Shown here one piece after another: positions 1 through 10,511 of a DNA stretch of 64,000 nucleotides; positions within the stretch are counted from its first letter, which is position 1, and every line of letters begins with the position of its first letter. The DNA is taken from positions 1 through 64,000 of the IMG/VR virus record IMGVR_UViG_3300008120_009632; one strand, given 5' to 3'. The notes under the pieces were generated by a model, which saw nothing but the letters and a program-made list of their open reading frames with translations, was not told the DNA's origin and made no database searches. The DNA comes from a virus. The position numbers and the translations under genes were made by a program.

Positions 1-258
1 TTATTGTGTAGATATGATTCTAATTCTGGTTTCTATGAACCAGTATCTAAGCAATCTTTTATAGTATTTGGTAAAATTACGGCTAATAATAATGCAGTAA
101 TATCATTAACATATGTACAAGGATCAAGAAAACCAGAGAATGCTCCACGAATTCCTGTATTATTTGACAATACCAGATTTAACTTTACTATATCGGTAGG
201 AAATACAGGAATGTTTATGTTCGAAAATGGAAAATGGATTATTATAGCTAGGAATTAA
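1..258 (+). CDS. hypothetical protein, 5'-truncated by window edge
   Basis: Frame is open from base 1 to TAA at 258 and abuts the next + strand gene. Confidence 0.6.
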   Translation, partial: LLCRYDSNSGFYEPVSKQSFIVFGKITANNNAVISLTYVQGSRKPENAPRIPVLFDNTRFNFTISVGNTGMFMFENGKWIIIARN

Positions 259-960
259 TTGATGGCTAAAAATTGTATTTTTTATGATAAATCTTTTTTA
301 GATGATATGTGTGCATATAGATATGACAGTACAGAGGATCATATTGTATACGAAGACGACCATGCAAGCAGCTCAGTTTATATAAAGAATACTATAGACT
401 TGATCACACAAAAGATATATAAAGGAGACAATAATGTATGGTATCCTGTTTTTATTACAAGTGATACTAGTCAAATTAACGATATGTCTTTGTACAAGGG
501 CACCACTACTCTGAGCAATAATGTTGGACTACAGAGTGCAATAGAGATTTTTAATCCTAAATTTAATCATTGGGAGATTGATCAAGTTACTGGTGACGCA
601 TATATGTCTACTGACTGGATATTAACTTCTGATCTTTGTCCTTTTTATCCAGAATATGGTTTAATGTTTTGGTTCAAATACGACCCTATACTCGATCAGC
701 CTTTAGCTATAGATAACATTCCTATAGGAAGTTCGGCATATATAACTTTAGGCCCAGAATCTATTAAGATTAATGATATAGAAGTAGTAATGAAAGATAA
801 AATACTAATTAAACAAGATCTAAATACTTTTTTGATCTCAGATATCGATGCAATAAAACAAAACCAAAATGAATTTTTACCATCTAATGAATATAGACAT
901 ATTACTAGATACATACACATACTTCAAATCTCCACAAATGAGAAACGAAGCATATTTTAG
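259..960 (+). CDS. hypothetical protein (probable virion-region gene)
   Basis: 233-aa ORF (TTG 259, ATG 262) tightly packed with neighbours; no recognised motif. Confidence 0.6.
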   Translation: MMAKNCIFYDKSFLDDMCAYRYDSTEDHIVYEDDHASSSVYIKNTIDLITQKIYKGDNNVWYPVFITSDTSQINDMSLYKGTTTLSNNVGLQSAIEIFNPKFNHWEIDQVTGDAYMSTDWILTSDLCPFYPEYGLMFWFKYDPILDQPLAIDNIPIGSSAYITLGPESIKINDIEVVMKDKILIKQDLNTFLISDIDAIKQNQNEFLPSNEYRHITRYIHILQISTNEKRSIF

Positions 961-3900
961 CGGCTCATCTTCATCATCTTATATATCTCCAGCGTTATCT
1001 CATATATATAGAGAAGTTTATGATACTTTATCGGCAGGATTAAATACTAGAAAAATTACAAATATAGAAGGGAATTTAATACCAGAACCCAATTTCAAAC
1101 CCAATCAGTCGAAACACTTTAAAAGACTATGTCACGTTTTATCTACTCACCCATTAGTGGATAGAACAACAGTATCTTTATTGCGCACACCATATATTAC
1201 ATCTTTAATTAAACAATATATAGATACATTACCTAGATCTATTAATGAAGAAATTAGATCTTTAAAAAATATCTTAAATTTAGTAAGTAAACAGTTTATT
1301 GACCTGTCTAATAGTCGTCATACTAACACACAAGATACATATTCTCATGGTTTAGTAACAACAAAGAAAGATCTATTTAATAAATTAATATCAAAGTATG
1401 GATCCAAACTTGTAATAGATCCAGAAAGCAATATAAAAATTAAATATAAAAATGGACTAAAAAATGGTCCACATGTTAAAATTAATCAAGAAATAACTAG
1501 CAAATGTTCTAAAGTATTAGAAAATCAAAGCGTTTATAATAATATAAAAATTTCTGCAGGATCTTTTAATATCAAAACACAATTTAGTAATAATGAAACT
1601 AAATTAATTTTAGAAAATACTCAGAAAAAAAATGAAAAAATTATAATCCCATTATGGGATATAGAAAAAACTAAATTTAAAAATATTAGAATTCCAGTAA
1701 CAGCTGGTCCAGATATTCGAATAGATTTTGGAAAACAACAAATAGACACTTTGAAAGAGATAGAATACTTTTTTACAGGCTCAGCTATAGACTATAATGG
1801 AAAATATGATACTACTATCATAGGATCAGAAGAACCAGATATCTTATGGAAAAAAATATCAGGCCCTGACTGCATAAGATTTGGTAAGGTCGGACAACCA
1901 TCGATGAGATATGAAACATCGATTGATGCGTCCCCAACAGTTTACATCAAATCTCCAGGAAGATATGTGTTAGAAGTTAGGGTTAGAACATCATTTGGTA
2001 TTATATATGATACTGTGACTATTCATGCTATTGGAGAAATAAAAGGTAAGGATGATCAAAATAAAGATATTGTGATCAAAACATATAGTCTGAAAGAAAG
2101 ACTAAGACCAGCCTCTGTTCAATACATACAGGCAAAAAATAATTTATCAATTATGGTCCCCAATATCAGAGAGTGCTATATTGGCAAACAAGGTGTTTTT
2201 TGGCCATCATATACAGACTGTTCAGTAAAAGTACCACAAGGATTAGCCAATCCCGACGCGCCTCCTGGACCAGGAAATAGTTTACCTCCAGTAGTTTTGC
2301 CTCTTGGAAATAATTATCATAAATTTGCTATGCCTATGACATATGTAAATAATCCAAAATATTCTTATAGAAAAAATATACAGAATGGCCCGGTAGATTT
2401 TGATATTAATTATCAATCTCATAATACAAAGATAGAATTAAATCGAATTATATTAACTAACTTATCTTCTCATGAAACATCAGCGTCTAAAGAGTATGAT
2501 TTAACAAATAGAGTAGGGAGAGACTTGTCTGTTTATGATCCCGACTCTAATGGCTGTGAATCTATATATGAAGGAGTTTTAGATAATAGAGGATTTATTT
2601 TAGATGGAGGATCAGAAAATGCTAGTTTTTCTTTTATAGATCCTTCAAACAATAATCAAATAGTAACAGTTAATGGATTAGATAGCCTACAAACAAAAAG
2701 ATTTGCAACAAAAACATACGGAGGATTTTCTAAAGCACAAGTTGATAAATTAGGAATTAAAATACCATTTCATCCATCTGTAAATAATTATCTAACTCCT
2801 ATTAGAACAACAGGTAATTTTTTAAGTGCTCCTAAAAGTGAAACCGATGGAAAAATTACTCAATTATGTCATGATACGGAGCTTCCGGTTAATTGTTCTG
2901 TAGAATTTACTAAAGGATGTTTTCATCCGTTTCATGGATGGACAGATCGCTCCAGCACGAATTTATCTTCTGTAGTTAATTTTGACCCATACAACAGAGC
3001 GGTACAAGTTTTTAAAGGTCCAGGATTTTATGATCTAAATAATAGTTTTGAAGATGGAAAACCTAAAATATACAAGAGTTCAATAACTTTAAGTGTTCAT
3101 CCAGAAGCCTATGATCCTGTGGACGAAGAGGCTAAAAATCCAGAAATTATAGACAAAAAAGAGATCACTGACCACATAGATAACTACGGATATAGAAGCA
3201 TTGGAGGTATTGTAGATCTTAAGATGTTAAACTATAATGATGAATTTGCTGTTGATTTTCCTATTGTTGATGATGCTCCAGTATCATCTGAAAATTATTG
3301 CTTAGATGCTACTCTGGAAGAATACAATTATGGTTCATCTTATGTATTTACTAGACCAGGAGCATTTATACCATTTAAGGATAGAAAAACCGAAAAAAGA
3401 TTGAGATGGAAAAGATATGGAGGAACAAATATATCAAATATAGAAGTTAAACTTAATTTTCTCAATTATGTTAATCCTAAAAATTTAGTAGTTTGGTTGG
3501 AAATAGATACTTGCGCCTTTGTCGCGGAAAGCCTGAATCCTCCAGCACCAGATGATGGTGGCGTAGCTCCACCCCCCAAAGATCCTTGGTTTAAAGGCTC
3601 GTATTACGATACATATCAAAATTTTTCATTACTATCTGGAGATACAAAAAAATATTTATCTTCATTATGGAATATGAACGACAATATCCCTTTGAGTAAT
3701 TCTGAAAAATTAATAGACTTTTCTGGTAGTCCTAAGGTTCCTAGAAACTCTACATATAGGATATATTTATTGAATCAGGACCACATAGCAAACTATGAGT
3801 ATAATGCTAGTCTTAAATTTTCGGATCTTTTAGATTTGATTAATAACCCACATAGTAATAATAATAATGCAGATACGTATAATTCCAATTTATCAACATT

Positions 3901-6900
3901 ATATATAGATAATAATATTTCAAATAAAATCAATAATACGATAGATTTGGCCCCAACATTATCAGCAGCAGGATATGATGATAATCAGGTGGCTTCATAT
4001 AAGAAAATTATTACAGAAAATAAATTATTAAATAATAGTCATAGATTTCAAAAAATTTCCAGTATGCCCATATTCTCTCAGAGTAAATCTGCAAAAAGGA
4101 AAGCGGGTAATTCTTCTGAAACTACATTTAAATTATGTATTGCGGTTATGGACGAAAGCGATCCTTTTGAGCCATATGATAGAATCTTAGCAACCCAAGA
4201 ACTAATAGGATATAATACATGTACCACTAGAAATAGATCAAACCTAGTAGAAAATAGTCTCTGTAATTGGGAATTAATAATACATAGAATTGATGAAAGT
4301 AATGGATTTATTCCTGGCGATTCTTTAGGTAATATTAAATACGAAGATAATAATCCAAATATTCCTGGATATAGTTTTATCGCAGATCTAACAGATATGC
4401 TGCATCTACTACCTCCGGCAGTGATCAATGCTCCTAATTCATATACTATAGATGGAAGACTTTGCAGATATTCGAAAGAAAGTTTAAACGTCCCAAAATT
4501 TTCTCAACCCCTTCCATTTGTAATATTTCCTCTGATCTTGATGTTGCCTACTAGCATTTTAGGGGCATTGGCAGCTATGCCGGGCATAGAAATGGCAATG
4601 AACGAACAAACTAGACAAATAGCTAATTATTTACATTCTTTGAGAAAAGATAGACAGCGAGACATCTTTAATAGGGCATGGTATGTCGCAAATTATGATA
4701 AATATCCTATGGGATCGTCTGACAAGATATTAATCAGCGCATCAAAAGATAATGAATTATTTTATAAAACAGAAGCATCTATATTTAGGTATAGCAATTC
4801 TATTGTAATGCAAAAGCACGACTATAAGTTTTACAAATTACACTATAATAGTTATTTAAGACACTTATCTATATTTAAAATTAATTTAATTGACGATAAT
4901 AATTTTATTAAAACTATTTACAATAATTATCTTAGATCTGCAGATAAAGATTATGTAGGACCATCTGATATATATCAAGACAAAATAGACAATACTAATA
5001 GAAAGAATATTCGAATTTCAAATTATGCGTTAGGTATAGATGCTTTTAAGGATTTATTTTATAGCGATTTATATGTTAAACATAATAATATTTTTGATTT
5101 GTCTAAAAACCCAGATGGGTTTGATAAACTTCTTGAGGAAAAAAGGCTATATGCTATTGATGGATTACGAGCATATTATTTTTTTGAGAACAATAAGACT
5201 ATAGTAGAACTGGCCCCTAAAGAAACAAAGGACATAAATAACGAAAAGATAAAAGAATTAAAGGACAGACTTGCTCAATTACAAGAAGCTAAAAAAACAG
5301 ACTATGAGCAGTACGATGAAGATGAGGTCAAAAACATAGAGAATGAAATTTTCTTGATGTCCTATAACATTATTCCTAATACTATTCAAAACATAGGATA
5401 TATATTTAATAATGTAACATATAAAACAATTATTATTCTACAAAATAAACCTCAGGGAAATATTATATCAATAGATCCAGCTAATAGTAACAGAATTATT
5501 ATGTTGGATAACGATAAAATAACTATCAGTGAGAATGAAACTGTACCATTAGATATATGGTCATTTAATGATTATAATTCACATAGTATTGATACGGCAG
5601 AAAATATTAAAGAATCAGCTTGGGGAGTTAGTAATTATGGATATGGTTCAAATTTAACTACCAGATACATGTTATCCCAGCCGGACATTAATAGTAAAAT
5701 AATACCTTTAATCGATAGAATACATTATGCTAAAAATTCTACTGTAGACTATAACTCGTTTGCTTCACAATTAACTCTTAGTAAGAATACAATACCGGCT
5801 AGTGGTACCACTAAAGGAAATGCCTTTGTTTATACCTTAGATAATATGAATGGTGACCGTAAGAGATATGGTAATGTCTATAGTGATGATAGTCTAAAAA
5901 AATATGTACAACCTGTCATATCCGGCATTAATTACTCTGTTTATGAAAATCAATCCAACTATGGCTATATGACAGAAATTGATGTCTCATTTAATTATGA
6001 CACTCAATCATATGATAAGGGTACTATATCTTTTAATAAAGATATTAATCCTATAGAGATTATGAAGCTTGATAAAGATAGTAAGATTTCAGATCTTATA
6101 GATCGAGATATTCAATTAAACGGTATTATTAAAACTAAATTAGATGAGTTAAAAAATTTATCTAAAATATATAGCTCAGGTACGACAGAACAATTTCCAG
6201 TATCTGAAAAAGAAACAGCAACGAATCAGTTACAAATGCTTTATATAGAAAAGGGTGGTATCCAATACTATCTCAATAAACTAGCATCATCTGGTAATAT
6301 CAGTACCATACCTCATATATCTGTAACGTTAACAAAAAATGACGATGGTTCACTCATTATTACTGAAAAGAAAAATGATAATTTTTATTGGATTAATATA
6401 GATCCTGAACAAGGATGTTCTATAGATAAAGATAGAACTCCCAAAATACTGAAAACGGTTAAATATACATGTTTACAATATGATGATATAATTAGTTCAA
6501 ATGCCAGCAGCATATGCCCAGACGCTACTGCCACAAATATTATAGATGGCGCAGACGAGTCTTTCCGTAATATCGGAATAGACCACATCTATGAACTATC
6601 TGATAAATTAATAGAAGAGACAAAACTTAAATATCCTAATTTAAAATGGCCAGAAGATAATACAATTAATCATGTTGTAGAAAGAACTTTCTTTTTAAAT
6701 TTTCATGGATCAGAAAGGGCTCAAGGCATTACTGCTATCTATAGTTACATATGCCCATTAGGACCAGCGGTCCCAGAGGTAGAACCAGATGGGAATATCA
6801 CAAATAAAGTTTATAATATATTTAACCTAGATAAAACAACAAAATTATATGTTGACTTTAAGAGAATACCACGATTATTAAGAAATAAAGATCCCCAATT

Positions 6901-7171
6901 TGACATGTATGAACCAAATGACTTTGGAGAATTAAGCAAAAGCATATATCCTGCCCCAGGAGGTCCAATAGATGGATCATTTAGAGTTTGGAAATGTATC
7001 GATGCAAAAACTGGAGAATATGTGGTTCCTTATAACCCTTATTATATATGGTTAAATGAGATGTTATTTAGGACTTATTTTGGTAGTGTTGATGGTATCG
7101 AATACCAAGGCAGAGAAACTGTTCAATCTAAAGATGAAGGATACTGGATACCATATGATTTTAGTTACTGA
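869..7171 (+). CDS. very large (2100 aa) putative virion structural protein
   Basis: Long ORF. PKD/Ig-like segment (ILWKKISGPD...PGRYVLEVRV...DTVTI), proprotein-convertase P-domain-like segment (ISNIEVKLNF...NLVVWL...NWELII), one hydrophobic stretch. Function inferred from size and composition. Confidence 0.6.
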   Translation: MNFYHLMNIDILLDTYTYFKSPQMRNEAYFSGSSSSSYISPALSHIYREVYDTLSAGLNTRKITNIEGNLIPEPNFKPNQSKHFKRLCHVLSTHPLVDRTTVSLLRTPYITSLIKQYIDTLPRSINEEIRSLKNILNLVSKQFIDLSNSRHTNTQDTYSHGLVTTKKDLFNKLISKYGSKLVIDPESNIKIKYKNGLKNGPHVKINQEITSKCSKVLENQSVYNNIKISAGSFNIKTQFSNNETKLILENTQKKNEKIIIPLWDIEKTKFKNIRIPVTAGPDIRIDFGKQQIDTLKEIEYFFTGSAIDYNGKYDTTIIGSEEPDILWKKISGPDCIRFGKVGQPSMRYETSIDASPTVYIKSPGRYVLEVRVRTSFGIIYDTVTIHAIGEIKGKDDQNKDIVIKTYSLKERLRPASVQYIQAKNNLSIMVPNIRECYIGKQGVFWPSYTDCSVKVPQGLANPDAPPGPGNSLPPVVLPLGNNYHKFAMPMTYVNNPKYSYRKNIQNGPVDFDINYQSHNTKIELNRIILTNLSSHETSASKEYDLTNRVGRDLSVYDPDSNGCESIYEGVLDNRGFILDGGSENASFSFIDPSNNNQIVTVNGLDSLQTKRFATKTYGGFSKAQVDKLGIKIPFHPSVNNYLTPIRTTGNFLSAPKSETDGKITQLCHDTELPVNCSVEFTKGCFHPFHGWTDRSSTNLSSVVNFDPYNRAVQVFKGPGFYDLNNSFEDGKPKIYKSSITLSVHPEAYDPVDEEAKNPEIIDKKEITDHIDNYGYRSIGGIVDLKMLNYNDEFAVDFPIVDDAPVSSENYCLDATLEEYNYGSSYVFTRPGAFIPFKDRKTEKRLRWKRYGGTNISNIEVKLNFLNYVNPKNLVVWLEIDTCAFVAESLNPPAPDDGGVAPPPKDPWFKGSYYDTYQNFSLLSGDTKKYLSSLWNMNDNIPLSNSEKLIDFSGSPKVPRNSTYRIYLLNQDHIANYEYNASLKFSDLLDLINNPHSNNNNADTYNSNLSTLYIDNNISNKINNTIDLAPTLSAAGYDDNQVASYKKIITENKLLNNSHRFQKISSMPIFSQSKSAKRKAGNSSETTFKLCIAVMDESDPFEPYDRILATQELIGYNTCTTRNRSNLVENSLCNWELIIHRIDESNGFIPGDSLGNIKYEDNNPNIPGYSFIADLTDMLHLLPPAVINAPNSYTIDGRLCRYSKESLNVPKFSQPLPFVIFPLILMLPTSILGALAAMPGIEMAMNEQTRQIANYLHSLRKDRQRDIFNRAWYVANYDKYPMGSSDKILISASKDNELFYKTEASIFRYSNSIVMQKHDYKFYKLHYNSYLRHLSIFKINLIDDNNFIKTIYNNYLRSADKDYVGPSDIYQDKIDNTNRKNIRISNYALGIDAFKDLFYSDLYVKHNNIFDLSKNPDGFDKLLEEKRLYAIDGLRAYYFFENNKTIVELAPKETKDINNEKIKELKDRLAQLQEAKKTDYEQYDEDEVKNIENEIFLMSYNIIPNTIQNIGYIFNNVTYKTIIILQNKPQGNIISIDPANSNRIIMLDNDKITISENETVPLDIWSFNDYNSHSIDTAENIKESAWGVSNYGYGSNLTTRYMLSQPDINSKIIPLIDRIHYAKNSTVDYNSFASQLTLSKNTIPASGTTKGNAFVYTLDNMNGDRKRYGNVYSDDSLKKYVQPVISGINYSVYENQSNYGYMTEIDVSFNYDTQSYDKGTISFNKDINPIEIMKLDKDSKISDLIDRDIQLNGIIKTKLDELKNLSKIYSSGTTEQFPVSEKETATNQLQMLYIEKGGIQYYLNKLASSGNISTIPHISVTLTKNDDGSLIITEKKNDNFYWINIDPEQGCSIDKDRTPKILKTVKYTCLQYDDIISSNASSICPDATATNIIDGADESFRNIGIDHIYELSDKLIEETKLKYPNLKWPEDNTINHVVERTFFLNFHGSERAQGITAIYSYICPLGPAVPEVEPDGNITNKVYNIFNLDKTTKLYVDFKRIPRLLRNKDPQFDMYEPNDFGELSKSIYPAPGGPIDGSFRVWKCIDAKTGEYVVPYNPYYIWLNEMLFRTYFGSVDGIEYQGRETVQSKDEGYWIPYDFSY

Positions 7172-7508
7172 TCTAAATGATATATTTTGTAATTTTGTCA
7201 AAGTAGAAGGAATTTATGAATGTTCCAAATGCGGCAATAAGGTATCTTTTGATGATACTGATGATCCGCCATTGTTTCCTTGTAGGAGTCCACTAAAAAA
7301 AGAAACTAGCAAAGTCCCATCTTCTATTCAGTCTATGATCCCAAATAGTTCTTTAGAAACCATAGAACGCAGATATAGTATATGCTTATCTTGTGAATTT
7401 TTACAAAATAGCACTTGTGCAAAATGTGGCTGTAATATTACCAGAGATAGGAACTATATGAACAAGCTCGCTAGTGAAAGCGAGTCTTGTCCAATAGCAA
7501 AATGGTAA
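7155..7508 (+). CDS. small Cys-rich protein (DUF6171-like zinc-binding)
   Basis: RYSICLSCEF...CAKCGC...KLA...SCPIAKW pattern. ATG 7155 overlapping the upstream stop is preferred over 7056. Confidence 0.65.
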   Translation: MILVTDLNDIFCNFVKVEGIYECSKCGNKVSFDDTDDPPLFPCRSPLKKETSKVPSSIQSMIPNSSLETIERRYSICLSCEFLQNSTCAKCGCNITRDRNYMNKLASESESCPIAKW

Positions 7509-7829
7509 TCAGTCTTTCTTTTGATACTTATGCCAACCCTTATTAGGTAGCCAGTTACCATCATCATCTTTTCTTTTGGGAAATAGTGTGCCGCCCTTTT
7601 TGTGCTGCCCAAAGGTTAATAGAGCACCACAGTCAGCACATCTGATTTCATAATAATCATTACCGTCAACATTTCTTACCACGAACCTCAGATTAGTGCT
7701 TCCGCACATTCCACATTTTTCTTCACTAAAAATTTCCTGAATCAAAGCAAGATCTTTAAAAAGCTCTTTTTGTCCAGCAGATTCTAATTCAAAGGTTAAT
7801 TTATCACTAGCCTTATAAAATACTTTCAT
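7509..7829 (-). CDS. zinc-ribbon protein
   Basis: CGMC...CADC pairs; 106 aa. Confidence 0.7.
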   Translation of the reverse strand: MKVFYKASDKLTFELESAGQKELFKDLALIQEIFSEEKCGMCGSTNLRFVVRNVDGNDYYEIRCADCGALLTFGQHKKGGTLFPKRKDDDGNWLPNKGWHKYQKKD

Positions 7830-7832
7830 AAA

Positions 7833-8558
7833 TTATTTCCATTCATTATTATAGCCTATAATATCTTCTGGTATTTCACCAACGCTTTGCTGATATTTAG
7901 ATAAGAGTCTAATTATATCAACAGCATCTTGATGAGCAAGATCATAGACATTTTTAACTTCCATTGACTGTTGCTTCAACAATTTGCTTATGTTTATATT
8001 AAGTCTTTGAGCAATAACGTCAATAAAATTTATCTGATTATTGGTAACTTTATTTACAGAATTAGCATCAGGATGATCTTCTGCTTCTTCTGTTAATTCT
8101 TCGGCAGCAACAACTTTTCTTAATTTTAACGCTCTTCTGAGAGCCCTTCCTTCAGCCCTTGTTTCTGCAACAGCTACTGGGTGATTTCTATAAATCTTAT
8201 CGCAATTCCCCCAATAAACATCTGCTGCTCCCGTGGTTGATCTCATTAATAGTTCTGGAGCAAGACTACTATCATTTAAAATATATGTTAGCTTATGTGT
8301 AACAGTTGCCCTTTTTTCGTTCTCTGGCGAAGGAGACTGGATCACATCTGTATCAGATCCAACAACTGTGCATTTTAAAGCAATTTCAAAAATCCTTCTT
8401 AAACCATCGGTTGTTGGATTGCCCTTAATTTTTTCATCTTCCGATAACAAACTCAGAACATAGTCGGTCCATTCTAAGTCGTTGTGCGATGGTATCTTAA
8501 CCGTTTCCTGGGCCTCTGGCTTGACTTCTGCGACGTCTTTTTTAAGTTTGCTCATCAT
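7833..8558 (-). CDS. putative single-strand annealing protein (Rad52/Sak-like)
   Basis: AVAETRAEGRALRRAL resembles the AET-A-GRAL helix of phage Rad52-like annealing proteins; C-terminal T..Q...I helical motif. Confidence 0.45.
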   Translation of the reverse strand: MMSKLKKDVAEVKPEAQETVKIPSHNDLEWTDYVLSLLSEDEKIKGNPTTDGLRRIFEIALKCTVVGSDTDVIQSPSPENEKRATVTHKLTYILNDSSLAPELLMRSTTGAADVYWGNCDKIYRNHPVAVAETRAEGRALRRALKLRKVVAAEELTEEAEDHPDANSVNKVTNNQINFIDVIAQRLNINISKLLKQQSMEVKNVYDLAHQDAVDIIRLLSKYQQSVGEIPEDIIGYNNEWK

Positions 8559-8561
8559 TTC

Positions 8562-9374
8562 TCATGTGTCCTGTATATTAAAAGTATTTGTGCCTGATCC
8601 TGTACTAGACTTAATTTCGGTCAATATATCTATTAGTTGACTATAGATAAAATTAGCTCGACTTTTTGAAAAATCCTTGGTTTGTTTTATTCTTACCAAT
8701 TTCCATCCTTTACCAATAATCAATCCTTCTTTTTTATTGTCGTATGAGATATTTCTTTTTAGAGCTTCATCACCCCAAACTGGTTTGAAATGAGAAGGTC
8801 CGTCTATCTCTATGGCTGTATCAATACTAGGAACAAAAAGGTCGATCTGCAACTTAGTATTTAGTAAGGTTTGTTCTTTATGGAATTCTACCCTATATCC
8901 ATCATTGATCAGATTGACAAGAATATACTTCTCCAGTTTTGATCCTACCTTGCTAGTCTCTCTAACAGCATTATTTGCTAATCTGAGCATTTGCTGTTTT
9001 TCGTCCTGAGATAAATTTTCCCAATTCTGTTTTGCCTTTTTTCTTCTATCATCAATTTCAGATTCTGTTAGATTATCCCACGAATCCATAACAGCTTTAC
9101 CTATTTTATTTTTTGTATCCTCAGACCTTGTGGTGCCTTTTGTGGGATGTTTATGCTTACCTGTGATCAAAGCATTTTTTTGAGCCTCTGATTTATCTCT
9201 TATTTTAATTTTTAACGATACAGCATCTCGTCTAATTTTATTAGCATATGTACCGTATTCACTTGCTATGTCTGCAAAACTCATTTTCTTTTCAACGTAC
9301 ATTTCTTGTAGTATTTTATACTTCTGATTATCATCTAAATTAGAGTATAAGTTTGTTGACTGTTTCATAATCAA
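8562..9374 (-). CDS. free-standing PD-(D/E)XK (Vsr/DUF559-like) endonuclease with N-terminal HTH and NUMOD3-like repeats
   Basis: IDLFVPSIDTAIEIDGPSHF...DNKKE nuclease motif; HPTKGTTRSEDTKNKIG NUMOD3-like segment. Confidence 0.7.
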   Translation of the reverse strand: MIMKQSTNLYSNLDDNQKYKILQEMYVEKKMSFADIASEYGTYANKIRRDAVSLKIKIRDKSEAQKNALITGKHKHPTKGTTRSEDTKNKIGKAVMDSWDNLTESEIDDRRKKAKQNWENLSQDEKQQMLRLANNAVRETSKVGSKLEKYILVNLINDGYRVEFHKEQTLLNTKLQIDLFVPSIDTAIEIDGPSHFKPVWGDEALKRNISYDNKKEGLIIGKGWKLVRIKQTKDFSKSRANFIYSQLIDILTEIKSSTGSGTNTFNIQDT

Positions 9375-9804
9375 ATGCCTCCGAGATACCTACCGAATTG
9401 GACCATACTATATTGTACATATCATGAATATACTTATTAGCAGATATAATACTCAAATTAGTTTTACTAAATAATTCCTTCCATTGAGCATAATAAGACT
9501 GATTATTAGACCATGGAATATTTTGAGCATAATAGTATATTTTGTTTATTAAAGGAAACGAGCCTGAGAGTTGCAAACAATGTAAATCAAAAACTATTAA
9601 ATCGCCATCAAAAAACTTAGCCTGATTGATATGCACTAATGGAATATGTTGAGTATTAATTCTTTCAGAATAACTATTAAATATGCATACTTGCTGTCTG
9701 GGTCTTGATCTTATGAAGCCAGATACTGTATTACATATTATATTAGAATGTTGATTATTATCTAGTACAGGGATTAGAAAACCGAGATCTTTGTTTTGTT
9801 TCAT
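9340..9804 (-). CDS. glycosyltransferase-like (GT-B N-terminal-like) protein, degenerate
   Basis: FDGDLIVFD...KIYYYAQNIPW...IISANKYI pattern; lies in GT cluster. Confidence 0.4.
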   Translation of the reverse strand: MKQNKDLGFLIPVLDNNQHSNIICNTVSGFIRSRPRQQVCIFNSYSERINTQHIPLVHINQAKFFDGDLIVFDLHCLQLSGSFPLINKIYYYAQNIPWSNNQSYYAQWKELFSKTNLSIISANKYIHDMYNIVWSNSVGISEAFDYETVNKLIL

Positions 9805-10511
9805 GTTAAGATTTTTCCTAAATACTCATTATATGTTATATAATTTGTAAAATCGTAATTTTTTGTTATATTTTTATCTAGATCATTTATATCCAGTATA
9901 TCACACCCGCATAATCCAGCCTCTAATGCATAATAATCATTATCGCAGGCAAAGAAACGAGATTCTTGTAAAACTTCTGCTCTTGTTGTTTCAGATAAAA
10001 ATCCTATATTTTGATCATTCTTAATATTGGCATTATTAAACATTAATATACTCGTATCATTAGGATATAATTTATTTTTTACTCCTTCTGGTATATCGGC
10101 TTGTTTTTCCAGAAATACAATAATATGTTCTTTCTTACCAATATTCTTATTACTCTTGTAAAGATTAGGATTTACAATATTCTTTGGAAATTTAATACCA
10201 TTACCAGTATAATTATCTTCGTCTATGATATGATAGCACTTTGGCATAATACTCATTAAATATTCATTATATATATCATGATAAATATAAATTTTAATAT
10301 CTGGATTATCAGAATGATCATTAATAAAGGATACTATCTCATCATTAATAGATGATGATGAAAATATAAAAGCAGATAATTTTAGATTATAATATAGCTT
10401 ATACAGATTATTATTTACAGTATCAAAATAAAACTTAATTTCAGGGATATTAATATAATGTAAATTATTAATTAATTTATTATACGTGTTTTGAACAAAT
10501 ATATTTTTCAT
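9801..10511 (-). CDS. glycosyltransferase-like (GT-B) protein, degenerate
   Basis: C-terminal LQESRFF...YALEAGLCGC resembles the GT-B donor-binding region. Confidence 0.45.
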   Translation of the reverse strand: MKNIFVQNTYNKLINNLHYINIPEIKFYFDTVNNNLYKLYYNLKLSAFIFSSSSINDEIVSFINDHSDNPDIKIYIYHDIYNEYLMSIMPKCYHIIDEDNYTGNGIKFPKNIVNPNLYKSNKNIGKKEHIIVFLEKQADIPEGVKNKLYPNDTSILMFNNANIKNDQNIGFLSETTRAEVLQESRFFACDNDYYALEAGLCGCDILDINDLDKNITKNYDFTNYITYNEYLGKILT

